From an uncultured Eubacteriales bacterium (GTDB taxonomy: Bacteria; Bacillota; Clostridia; Oscillospirales; UBA644): a stretch of 64,000 bases of DNA. Location of the stretch: the NCBI GenBank assembly GCA_959604355.1, contig CAUHAO010000003.1, positions 210 through 64,209 of the forward strand, written 5' to 3'. The notes under the pieces are model-generated. The model was not told where the DNA came from. It saw nothing but the letters and a program-made list of their open reading frames with translations, and ran no database searches. The number at the start of each line of letters is the position of its first letter. The stretch's first letter is position 1. The translations under genes and the position numbers were made by a program. This document shows, piece after piece, positions 53,381 through 61,848 of the stretch.

Positions 53381-53805
53381 ACTCTTCTGATGATAGTCTT
53401 CTCCATAATAACAGTCGTGCCTTTGCCGGGCTTGGAACGGACAGTGAGCTTGTCCGAGAAAGACTGCATTATCGTAAAGCCCATGCCGGCGCGATCTTCA
53501 GTTCCTGTTGTGAAGCAAGGTTCCATTGCTTTTTCGACGTCCTCCATGCCGACACCGCTGTCCTTTACGGTCAATCGGATCTTATTGCCGAAAAGCTGAA
53601 CTTTAATATGTACCGTGCCTATCCTGTCGCCGTAACCGTGTACGATACAGTTCGTTACGGCTTCCGATACGGCGGTCTTTATTTCGGAGAGTTCTTCAAG
53701 CGTCGGGTCAAGCTGGGACACAAACGACGCAACGCTGACTCTTGCAAATCCCTCATTGATGCTTTTTCCGGGAAATTTAAGTTCTATTTCATTTGTTGGC
53801 TTCAT
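53377..53805 (-). CDS. spoIIAB: Anti-sigma F factor (serine kinase) SpoIIAB
   Basis: NEGFARVSVASFVSQLDPTLEELSEIKTAVSEAVTNCIVHGY...RAGMGFTIM closely parallels B. subtilis SpoIIAB. Confidence 0.9.
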   Translation of the reverse strand: MKPTNEIELKFPGKSINEGFARVSVASFVSQLDPTLEELSEIKTAVSEAVTNCIVHGYGDRIGTVHIKVQLFGNKIRLTVKDSGVGMEDVEKAMEPCFTTGTEDRAGMGFTIMQSFSDKLTVRSKPGKGTTVIMEKTIIRRV

Positions 53806-54124
53806 TTTTATATTTCTCCTGTTTTTCGATTTTTACCATACTGTCAAGCTTTGCGAGTGTGAAAATTTTTTCGGTGGCCTTGTTCAGACCTGTGAGGGTC
53901 ACGCTTCCGCCGAGTCTGTTCATCAGTTTGTACCGCCCGAGGACGATGGCGATACCGCTGCTGTCGCAGAATGTTATTTCTTGGAAATTCATTATGAGAG
54001 ATGTCGGGCGGTATTTGTTTATCAGTTCGTCTATCTCGGTGCGGATGCCCGCCGTAGAGTGATGGTCGATCTCACCTTTGAGCATGACCGTCATTGTGTC
54101 TTCGTTTACAGTATATCCTATCAT
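53789..54124 (-). CDS. spoIIAA: Anti-sigma F factor antagonist SpoIIAA (STAS domain)
   Basis: STAS domain with the phosphorylatable Ser in FCDSSGIAIVLG. It is the first gene of the operon, with RBS ggaggt. Confidence 0.9.
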   Translation of the reverse strand: MIGYTVNEDTMTVMLKGEIDHHSTAGIRTEIDELINKYRPTSLIMNFQEITFCDSSGIAIVLGRYKLMNRLGGSVTLTGLNKATEKIFTLAKLDSMVKIEKQEKYKNEANK

Positions 54125-54235
54125 TTTTGTACCTCCGTTTGCATATATAATACACTAAAAGGCGGAAAAATCGGGTCGAAAGGTGTCGGCGGTGCAGGGG
54201 TTTGAAAAAAGTTCATAATTGTTTTGCGATGATGC

Positions 54236-54290
54236 TTGACATGTCATTTTATTTATGGTATACTGAATTCATACTGAACCAGTATGAATT
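54236..54290 (+). promoter_or_regulatory. Promoter plus 10-5-10 inverted-repeat operator upstream of the Rrf2 gene
   Basis: TTGACA (54236), a 17-nt spacer, then TATACT (54259). This is followed by AATTCATACT-gaacc-AGTATGAATT (54266-54290). Confidence 0.5.
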
Positions 54291-54302
54291 GGCGGTGATG
54301 GG

Positions 54303-54722
54303 ATGCAGCTTACAAAGGAGCAGGATTACGCGATCCGTATAATTTATGAACTCTGCCGGGCAGATGATGTAAGGCTCGATGTCGGCACATTGTCTGAATT
54401 GACGGGTGTTACGCCGCTTTTTACGCAAAAAATCATGCGTAAGCTTTCCGCGGCAAACATCGTTTCCTCTAAAAAAGGTGCCAACGGCGGATATATGCTT
54501 TCTGAGGGGCGTAATGCCGAAAACATATCACTTTATGAAGTGTTCAAGGCTATGAATGGAGACGAATTGTTTATCAATGCGTGTCTTTCCGGCGTATACG
54601 AGTGCAATCATCCCAACGTCATGCGCAAAAACGGCGAATGTTATATAAAGAAAGCCATGAGTATACTCAATGAGAATATCGTCAATTCGCTCAGGAGCGT
54701 AACATTCGATAAATTGATATAA
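54303..54722 (+). CDS. Rrf2 family transcriptional regulator
   Basis: MQLTKEQDYAIRIIYELC...LSELTGVTPLFTQKIMRKLSAANIVSSKKGANGGYML is an Rrf2 wHTH. A C-terminal Cys cluster is present (CLSGVYECNHP...C). Confidence 0.8.
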   Translation: MQLTKEQDYAIRIIYELCRADDVRLDVGTLSELTGVTPLFTQKIMRKLSAANIVSSKKGANGGYMLSEGRNAENISLYEVFKAMNGDELFINACLSGVYECNHPNVMRKNGECYIKKAMSILNENIVNSLRSVTFDKLI

Positions 54723-54926
54723 TGCTTAATAATGATTTTCAGCGCGGGTGATTTTTCATCCGCGTTATTTTACTGAAACGGCGCAGCCTTATTTTGGGCA
54801 ATATTAACTTTTTTCTGACAAAGACATCAAATCCTTGACACTTCAGTATAAATCTGCTATAATGAAATGAATATACAGAGGCGCCCGAAAGGAGATTGGC
54901 CCGTTTTCAGACGGGGAGGAAAATAT

Positions 54927-55976
54927 ATGAAACATAATTTGGTTGTTATCGGTTACGGCGGAATGGGAGGTTGGCATACTCGCGCGGCACTTGCCAGTGA
55001 TGTTGTCAATCTTGCCGGAATTTATGATATAAAACCCGAGCGTGCCGAGGCTGCACGTCATGCGGGCATCAAGGCGTATGACAGCTTTGAGGCTGTTCTT
55101 GCGGACAAGAGCGTAGATCTCGTTACAGTCGCTATTCCCAACGATGAACATGAAAGCGTTTGCGTCGCAGCTATGAACGCCGGCAAAAACGTAATTTGTG
55201 AGAAACCCGTTACTCTTTCTACCGAATCCTTGCAGAGAATGTTCGACGCAGCAGAAAAAAATCACGTCATATTCAGCGTTCATCAGAACAGACGCTGGGA
55301 CGTTGACTTCCTGGCGATGAAACAGATATATCAGAGCGGCGAATTGGGCAAAGTGTTCAACGTCGAGTCCCGTATCCACGGCTCACGTGGTATTCCGAGC
55401 GACTGGCGCGGTATAAAACAGTACGGCGGCGGTATGCTCTATGACTGGGGCATCCACCTCATCGACCAGCTGATGAAGATATATGACGGTATAGCAGTCC
55501 GCTCCGTTTACTGCCGCTTTGACCACATAACGAACAAAGAAGTTGACGACGGTTTCAAGCTTGACATGATCTTTGAAAACGGCTCGAGAGGTTATGCTGA
55601 AGTCGGAACATATAATTTCATTGCGCTCCCGCGTTTTTATCTGCAGGCAGAACACGGCACGGCGCTCATTACCGACTGGCGCGAAAAAACGAAGGTCGTC
55701 AAATGCACGCATTGGCATGAAAGCGAAGTGCTTCCCGTGCAGACCGCGGCGGGTCTGACAAAGACCATGGCACCGCGTGATTCCGTAACGACCGACACTT
55801 ACGAGCTTGATATTCCCGTGTCGGACGTTCACGATTATTACCGCAACTTCTGTGCGGCGATAGAGGGCAGGGAGACTCAGATCGTCACGCACCGGGAAAT
55901 GATGCGTGTGCTCAAAGTCATTGAGGCTTGCTTTGCTTCAGTTGAAAAAGACCAGCGTATAGAAGTTAATATATAA
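54927..55976 (+). CDS. Gfo/Idh/MocA family oxidoreductase
   Basis: Rossmann N-terminus VVIGYGGMGGWH and the EKP motif VICEKPV. ATG 54927 follows ggagga. Confidence 0.85.
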   Translation: MKHNLVVIGYGGMGGWHTRAALASDVVNLAGIYDIKPERAEAARHAGIKAYDSFEAVLADKSVDLVTVAIPNDEHESVCVAAMNAGKNVICEKPVTLSTESLQRMFDAAEKNHVIFSVHQNRRWDVDFLAMKQIYQSGELGKVFNVESRIHGSRGIPSDWRGIKQYGGGMLYDWGIHLIDQLMKIYDGIAVRSVYCRFDHITNKEVDDGFKLDMIFENGSRGYAEVGTYNFIALPRFYLQAEHGTALITDWREKTKVVKCTHWHESEVLPVQTAAGLTKTMAPRDSVTTDTYELDIPVSDVHDYYRNFCAAIEGRETQIVTHREMMRVLKVIEACFASVEKDQRIEVNI

Positions 55977-56035
55977 AAAAACAGGCTGTAAAAATCGTGA
56001 TAACGATGTTTCACAGCCTTTTTAGGAGAAATTCT

Positions 56036-56470
56036 ATGAATTTCAGGCAAATGTTTTCGGCGGATATAGAAAAAGTCGTTCCGATCTATGTTGAATATTA
56101 CAACGTCCACGAGGGACGCGAATGGACGCCGGAGAAAGCGTACAAGCGTATTCATCAGACTTTGTCGCGAGAGGATTCTTTCGCGCTTATGGTTGAAGAC
56201 AAAGGGCAGACTTTAGGTTTCGCCATGGGCTTCAAGCGAATGTACGATGACATAGAGTCGTTCTATCTCGAAGAGATCGTCATAGCGTCTGAGTATCAGA
56301 ATAAGGGTTACGGCTCGGCGTTGCTTCGCGAAATTGAACGCCGGGTGAAAGAAATGGGTGTGGCGATGGTCGAGTTAGACTCCGTAAATGACGAGATGCA
56401 CCATCATTTTTACGGAAAAGCAGGCTACAAAAACACGACGACGCTGCAGGGTAAGTCAAAATGGTTCTAA
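56036..56470 (+). CDS. GNAT family N-acetyltransferase
   Basis: Acetyl-CoA motif QNKGYGSALLREIE. ATG 56036 follows aggaga. Confidence 0.75.
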   Translation: MNFRQMFSADIEKVVPIYVEYYNVHEGREWTPEKAYKRIHQTLSREDSFALMVEDKGQTLGFAMGFKRMYDDIESFYLEEIVIASEYQNKGYGSALLREIERRVKEMGVAMVELDSVNDEMHHHFYGKAGYKNTTTLQGKSKWF

Positions 56471-56582
56471 TAAGACCCCGTGTATGAAAAATACACGGGG
56501 TTTTTGTTACGCCTTGACAAATGATAATAAATGTGATATAATTTATACAACAAATCATACTTTTCATACCTTGGAGGCTTGT

Positions 56583-56801
56583 ATGGAACTTCAGGACAAG
56601 TACGCGTGGACTGTGACGGTGGGCGAAAAAGGGCAATTTGTCATTCCGAAGCAGGCGCGCGAACTTTTCGACATTAAACCGGGCGATACGCTGCTTTTGC
56701 TTGCGGATAAGAAGAAAGGCATTGCGATACCGCCGAAAAGCATGTTTACGGATTTAGCTCAGCGTATATTTGAGGAGAATAAAGATGGAAAAAATTCTTG
56801 A
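56583..56801 (+). CDS. AbrB/MazE/SpoVT-family DNA-binding domain protein
   Basis: 72 aa from ATG 56583 (RBS ggagg). VTVGEKGQFVIPKQARELFDIKPGDTLLLL is a SpoVT-AbrB swapped-hairpin motif. Confidence 0.65.
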   Translation: MELQDKYAWTVTVGEKGQFVIPKQARELFDIKPGDTLLLLADKKKGIAIPPKSMFTDLAQRIFEENKDGKNS

Positions 56802-57528
56802 GGTCAAGGGGCTTTCGAAGCATTACCCGAAATTCGATCTTTCCGACCTTACTTTCAGCGTTCCGAGCGGCTGTATAATGGGCTTTATCGGGCGAAACGG
56901 AGCGGGGAAAACAACGACGTTAAAGTCAATACTCAATCTCGTTCACATTGACGGCGGAGAAATAAAATATTTTGGGTTGTCGCTTGCGGAGCATGAGCAA
57001 CAAATAAAGCAACGCATTGGCTTTGCGGGCGGCGCGGTGGATTATTATAAGAAAAAGAGGATCTCGCAGATCGTCGAGGTCACAAAATCGTTTTATGAAA
57101 AATGGGATAATGCGGCGTATGTGAAATACATGGATATGTTCGGCATAGACGACGAAAAAACACCGTCGGAGCTGTCGGAAGGTATGAAGGTCAAATTCAA
57201 TCTTGCGCTTTCGCTGTCTCATCACGCAGAGTTACTTATACTTGACGAGCCTACGAGCGGACTTGACCCCGTGTCGCGCGAAGAACTGCTGGAAATATTC
57301 CGTTATCTGCGTGACGGCGGCGTGTCAATTCTTTTTTCCACGCATATCACGTCCGACCTCGACAAATGCGCCGACGGGATAACATATATTCGTGACGGGC
57401 ACATTGTTGCGTCGAGAAAAATGAGCGATTACGTTGCCGAATGCTGTGAAAAGGGCTACGGCAATAACCTCGAAGAAATAATGATATATTTTGAGAAGGA
57501 GGCTCTCCGTGAAAAACTTGCTCAATAA
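56785..57528 (+). CDS. ABC transporter ATP-binding protein (ABC-2 type)
   Basis: GRNGAGKTT, LSEGMKVK and LLILDEPTSGLD. ATG 56785 follows gaggaga. Confidence 0.85.
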   Translation: MEKILEVKGLSKHYPKFDLSDLTFSVPSGCIMGFIGRNGAGKTTTLKSILNLVHIDGGEIKYFGLSLAEHEQQIKQRIGFAGGAVDYYKKKRISQIVEVTKSFYEKWDNAAYVKYMDMFGIDDEKTPSELSEGMKVKFNLALSLSHHAELLILDEPTSGLDPVSREELLEIFRYLRDGGVSILFSTHITSDLDKCADGITYIRDGHIVASRKMSDYVAECCEKGYGNNLEEIMIYFEKEALREKLAQ

Positions 57529-58162
57529 GGAGCTTCGTCTTGCGACGTCTCCTTTGACTTTCATTTTTATCGCCTTTGCGGTGATGACGCTTATTCCGGG
57601 CTATCCTATACTCGTGGGCGCGTTTTTTGTGTGCATGGGAATATTTCAGTCATTTCAGCGTGCCCGCGAGGACAATGATATGCTTTATACGGTGCTTTTG
57701 CCGGTGAAAAAGAGCGATGCTGTAAAAGCGAAATATGTTTTGACATGCTTTATTCAGCTTGTCGCGTTTTTAATCATGGCGGCGCTTACCGTGCTTCGAA
57801 TGGCGGCTCTTGCGGACGCCGAGCCCTATGTAAATAATGCGCTCATGAGTGCAAATCCCGTGTTTCTCGCGTTCGTATTGCTGATATTCGCGGCGTTCAA
57901 TGTGATTTTTCTCGGGGGATTTTTCAGAACGGCGTATAAATACGGTAAACCTTTCGTTTGCTTCATAATTGCGGCGTTTGCCGTTATCGCAACAGGTGAG
58001 GCTCTGCATCATATTCCAGGGCTCGCGTTTCTCAATGTGTCATCGGGAGACGGCATGACAGTGCAATATATTATCTTGATCTGCGCGTCTGCCGTCTATT
58101 TCGGTCTTACGCTTTTGTCGTTCGAAATTTCAAAAAAGAATTTTGAAAAAATCGACATTTGA
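57509..58162 (+). CDS. ABC-2 type transporter permease
   Basis: Six hydrophobic helices. GTG 57509 lies 6 nt after gaaggagg and overlaps the ATPase gene. Confidence 0.6.
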   Translation: MKNLLNKELRLATSPLTFIFIAFAVMTLIPGYPILVGAFFVCMGIFQSFQRAREDNDMLYTVLLPVKKSDAVKAKYVLTCFIQLVAFLIMAALTVLRMAALADAEPYVNNALMSANPVFLAFVLLIFAAFNVIFLGGFFRTAYKYGKPFVCFIIAAFAVIATGEALHHIPGLAFLNVSSGDGMTVQYIILICASAVYFGLTLLSFEISKKNFEKIDI

Positions 58163-58199
58163 TTATAAAAACCGCGGAGAGCATCGCTCTCCGCATATT

Positions 58200-59003
58200 T
58201 TATTGCACAAGATCGTAAAGCGAGCCGAACGTGTATCCCTGCGCGCGCCACTCGTCGATGAGGTCGCCGAGGATTTCGGCGTTTGTCGCAGACGTGCTGT
58301 GGAGAAGAATCACCGCGCCGTCATGGATGCGGCTGTTGAGTTTCGCTTTCGCGGACTCTGCCGATGGCTGGGAATTTACGTTCCAGTCGACATAGGCAAG
58401 GCTCCAGAATACCGTTTTATAGCCTAACTGCTTTGCCTGTTCCAGGTTCGAGGTACTGAACTGGCCGCGCGGTGGGCGATAGAATTTCGGCATTTCTTTG
58501 CCCGTACATTCAAAATAGAGCGATTCAACGGGCTCTATCTCCGCACGGAGAGCGTCGAGCGTCTTTAGTGAACTCATATCGGGGTGCGTATTCGTGTGAT
58601 TTGCGACAATGTGGCCCTCATCCGCCATTCTGCGCACAAGATCGGGTTCTGTTTTGATATAATGTGACACAAGAAAGAATGCCGCGGGAACATTTTTTTC
58701 TTTGAGCGTATCGAGGATTTTCGGGGTGTATCCGTTTTCATAGCCTGCGTCAAATGTAAGATATATCATTTTTGTAGCGGGGCCTATGAAATACGCGTCG
58801 TTTTTCGCAAGTTCCTCCGCCGACACATTGCCTCTCGGTCGTGTGTTCGCCGTCCCGAAACCGAGCCCCCAATTGGATATTTTCGCGTTCGCCGTAACGG
58901 GAGCTCCGTATATTGCCGCGAGAACAAAAATTTGAATAACTATTATGGCGATGAGCGTCAGTGCGACGACCAATCTGCCGTATTTTGAGAAAAACTGTTT
59001 CAT
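58200..59003 (-). CDS. pdaA: Delta-lactam-biosynthetic de-N-acetylase PdaA-like polysaccharide deacetylase
   Basis: WGLGF...IYLTFDAGYENGYTPKILDTLKEKNVPAAFF...GHIVANHTNTHPD...LGYKTVFWSLAYVDW closely parallels B. subtilis PdaA. Confidence 0.8.
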   Translation of the reverse strand: MKQFFSKYGRLVVALTLIAIIVIQIFVLAAIYGAPVTANAKISNWGLGFGTANTRPRGNVSAEELAKNDAYFIGPATKMIYLTFDAGYENGYTPKILDTLKEKNVPAAFFLVSHYIKTEPDLVRRMADEGHIVANHTNTHPDMSSLKTLDALRAEIEPVESLYFECTGKEMPKFYRPPRGQFSTSNLEQAKQLGYKTVFWSLAYVDWNVNSQPSAESAKAKLNSRIHDGAVILLHSTSATNAEILGDLIDEWRAQGYTFGSLYDLVQ

Positions 59004-59902
59004 TCCGAACCTCCGAAATATTTGCTGAGTTTGATGCGCTGCCCGAAATATGTTTTACTGTCGACCCCCGCACCTCTCAGCCAACGGTTGAGCGAGTACA
59101 GACTGTCGGGGTCTGACGATACGACGCTTATTCTTCCTTCGCATGAGAATGACGCGATAAAGCCCATATCTTTGACGAGCTGTTCCGCTTCCTTGCACAT
59201 GGCGCCGAAAGGATATGTGAATGCGGTGGGCGTGTAACCTGTTTCAGCAATGACACGCTGTTGCATTTTCATCACGTCGTCTGTGAAAAAATGCGCGTAC
59301 GTTTCAACGCTTTCGCCCTGGTTTATCTGGCTGCCGTGCCTGTCGCTGCCGAATCTGTGCATATCATAGGAATGATTTTGTATTTCGACAAGACCGGAGT
59401 CTATCATCTCGTTTATTTCATCCCATGTACAATGCGAATAATACGCGTTTTCGTCGGGCGTTTTCGTGAATTTATCCGAATATGCCCCGACAACGGAAAG
59501 GACCATCTTGCAGTTGTATTTTTTCATAAGGGGAAATGCATAAAGATAGTTATTGTAGTAGCCGTCGTCGAACGTCAGCATAACGGGCTTTTCCGGCAGC
59601 GGTGTTCCGTTGTTGACATACGCCTGCAGATCCGCGACCGTTACAGTCGTATAGCCGTTTTCCGTGAGATATTTCAGATCTTCTTCGAGAAGGTCGGGAG
59701 AAATGACATATTTGCCCTGTTTGGAAGAATCTTTGAGGATGCTGTGATACATTATTATTGCGACATACCGCTCCCCTTCTTCAAGAGATACCGGCCTGAT
59801 CTTTACGGCGCCTGTGCTTGCCGCAAAAAATACCGCTATCGCCGCAATCACCGGAAAAACGAAGAATCGGATTATTTTTTTGATTTCAAGCGTTACATAC
59901 AT
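59000..59902 (-). CDS. Polysaccharide deacetylase family protein (NodB homology)
   Basis: N-terminal TM helix, IMYHSI and VMLTFDDGYYNNY. 4-nt overlap with pdaA. Confidence 0.8.
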   Translation of the reverse strand: MYVTLEIKKIIRFFVFPVIAAIAVFFAASTGAVKIRPVSLEEGERYVAIIMYHSILKDSSKQGKYVISPDLLEEDLKYLTENGYTTVTVADLQAYVNNGTPLPEKPVMLTFDDGYYNNYLYAFPLMKKYNCKMVLSVVGAYSDKFTKTPDENAYYSHCTWDEINEMIDSGLVEIQNHSYDMHRFGSDRHGSQINQGESVETYAHFFTDDVMKMQQRVIAETGYTPTAFTYPFGAMCKEAEQLVKDMGFIASFSCEGRISVVSSDPDSLYSLNRWLRGAGVDSKTYFGQRIKLSKYFGGSE

Positions 59903-60083
59903 ATTCCTGCCCCCTTATATGAGAATTATATTTGCCGTAAAAAATAATATTCCATCCCGGAACATTTTTCGCGGGACGGAATATCATAATAGTGAGGCTG
60001 AGGCTTCGGAAGTTAAAAAAATGCCGTAAAAGTTTCCCTCTTTTAATATAGATGGGAGCCGTCATTATGACGGCTCCCGGTTT

Positions 60084-61631
60084 TTATTTTTCAAATGCTT
60101 TTTGAGTTATTTCCTCGGGAAGCTTTTTAGTGAACAAGCTTACGATCGGAACGACGGCAAACGAGACTGCCATTGCAACGGTTCCGAACAGCGGAGAATT
60201 TGCGCTCGCGGCAGAGAATGCCGGCATAAATCCGTCTGCAAGGGCGGGGGACGTGAAAATCGAGTATACAGTCATCGCCGCAACAACTACGATACCGCTG
60301 AGCAACCCTGCCCATGCGCCCGCTTTGGTCGTTTTTTTGGAATATAGACCCCAGAAGTAAGGCCCTATGAAGCAGCCCGAGACGACGCCCCATGAGAACG
60401 ACATTATCGAAACAATTATTGAGAATTTGAAAGTCGCAAAGATAAACGATGCTGCAATGAATAGGAAACAAACGATACGTGTGTAGATCATCTGGCGGCG
60501 CTGGTTCCATTTAGCCTTGAATACAGACGCGAGGTCTACGGTTATGGATGAGCTGGATGTGAGAACTACCGAGGTAAGGGTCGATATTGACGCCGAAAGC
60601 ACGCACAGAAGAATGAGGCTGAGCAGTATGTTGCCCCAGAAGGACGAGCCGAAGACTTTTATCAGCATCGTCGGCACGACGTTGTCGTATCCCACAACAG
60701 GAGCGCCTGATGCATCCGCGTCGATGAAGAATCTTCCGAGAGAGCCTGCGAAATATGCGCCGGAGCCGATGACAGCGGCGAAAACGGTTGCGATGATCGC
60801 ACCTATTTTAATGGATTTTTCATCCTTGATCGCGTAGAATTTATGTATCATCTGCGGCAATCCCCATGTACCGAAGCTTGTCAGAGCGATATTCATCAGC
60901 AGGAACGAAATATTTGAGCCTCCGAATACGTTTACAAGAGAGGGATCTGTCTGTTTTAGACCTTCAAACGCTGCGGATATACCGCCGACCTGCGGATTAT
61001 TGACAAGCGCAACACACATTATTGTTACACCGCCGAGCATTATGATGCCCTGGATGAGATTGTTTATTGCTGTTGCGAAGTATCCTCCGAGAATGAGGTA
61101 TATCGCCGCAAGAAGCGCGACGATGAACATGCATACCGTTTCGGGGGAGAAGCCGAGAATGTTGTTGGGGAATATCGAGCCGAAGAGTGAGCCGAGGCCC
61201 TTGTAGACCGATGCGGCATAAGGCACGAGGAATATGAAAATCACGAGAGCGGAGTACGCCTTCATCTTCTTGTCGCCGTAACGTTCGGAGAAGAACTCGG
61301 GCATCGTGCGTGCGTTTATGCGGCGTGTCATGGTGCGTGTGCGGCGTGCGAGCAAAGCCCAAGCAAGAGCACTTCCGAGCAGTGCGTTGCCGATACCTAT
61401 CCATAGTGACGCAAGACCTATATCCCAGCCGTTCTTACCGGCGTATCCGATAAATATAACAGCTGAAAAATACGTTGTGCCGTAAGACAGAGCTGACAGC
61501 CAGGGGCCGATATTACGTCCGCCTAATAAAAAACCGTCCAAGGTTTTGGCTTTCTTGGACGTGAGTACGCCGATCGCAATGAGAATGAATGCGAATATTG
61601 CCAATGCGATGAGGGCGATTGTTTGAGTCAT
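60084..61631 (-). CDS. Sodium:solute symporter (SSS) family transporter
   Basis: 515 aa with ~13 TM helices. The N-terminus ...DGFLLGGRNIGPWLSALSYGTTYFSA is typical of the SSS family. Confidence 0.85.
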   Translation of the reverse strand: MTQTIALIALAIFAFILIAIGVLTSKKAKTLDGFLLGGRNIGPWLSALSYGTTYFSAVIFIGYAGKNGWDIGLASLWIGIGNALLGSALAWALLARRTRTMTRRINARTMPEFFSERYGDKKMKAYSALVIFIFLVPYAASVYKGLGSLFGSIFPNNILGFSPETVCMFIVALLAAIYLILGGYFATAINNLIQGIIMLGGVTIMCVALVNNPQVGGISAAFEGLKQTDPSLVNVFGGSNISFLLMNIALTSFGTWGLPQMIHKFYAIKDEKSIKIGAIIATVFAAVIGSGAYFAGSLGRFFIDADASGAPVVGYDNVVPTMLIKVFGSSFWGNILLSLILLCVLSASISTLTSVVLTSSSSITVDLASVFKAKWNQRRQMIYTRIVCFLFIAASFIFATFKFSIIVSIMSFSWGVVSGCFIGPYFWGLYSKKTTKAGAWAGLLSGIVVVAAMTVYSIFTSPALADGFMPAFSAASANSPLFGTVAMAVSFAVVPIVSLFTKKLPEEITQKAFEK

Positions 61632-61802
61632 GTTGATCCCTACTTTCCTACAAATACTACAAAAAGCTTTTGCTTTTCCGGCAAACCGCCGCCCACTTCC
61701 TTGAAGCAGCAGTCACGGTTCATGCCTTTGAAAAGTCTCTACTATTGTATCATAAAATATAATGTTTGTAAAGAGGTCTATTTGTACTTTTTGTGAAATC
61801 AC

Positions 61803-61835
61803 AAAGAAAAACGCCCCGTGCTTCAGCACGGGGCG
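61803..61835 (-). terminator. Rho-independent terminator after the Ig-like protein gene
   Basis: CGCCCCGTGC-ttca-GCACGGGGCG with a T-run on the minus strand. Confidence 0.7.
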
Positions 61836-61848
61836 AGTGTTTGATCAA

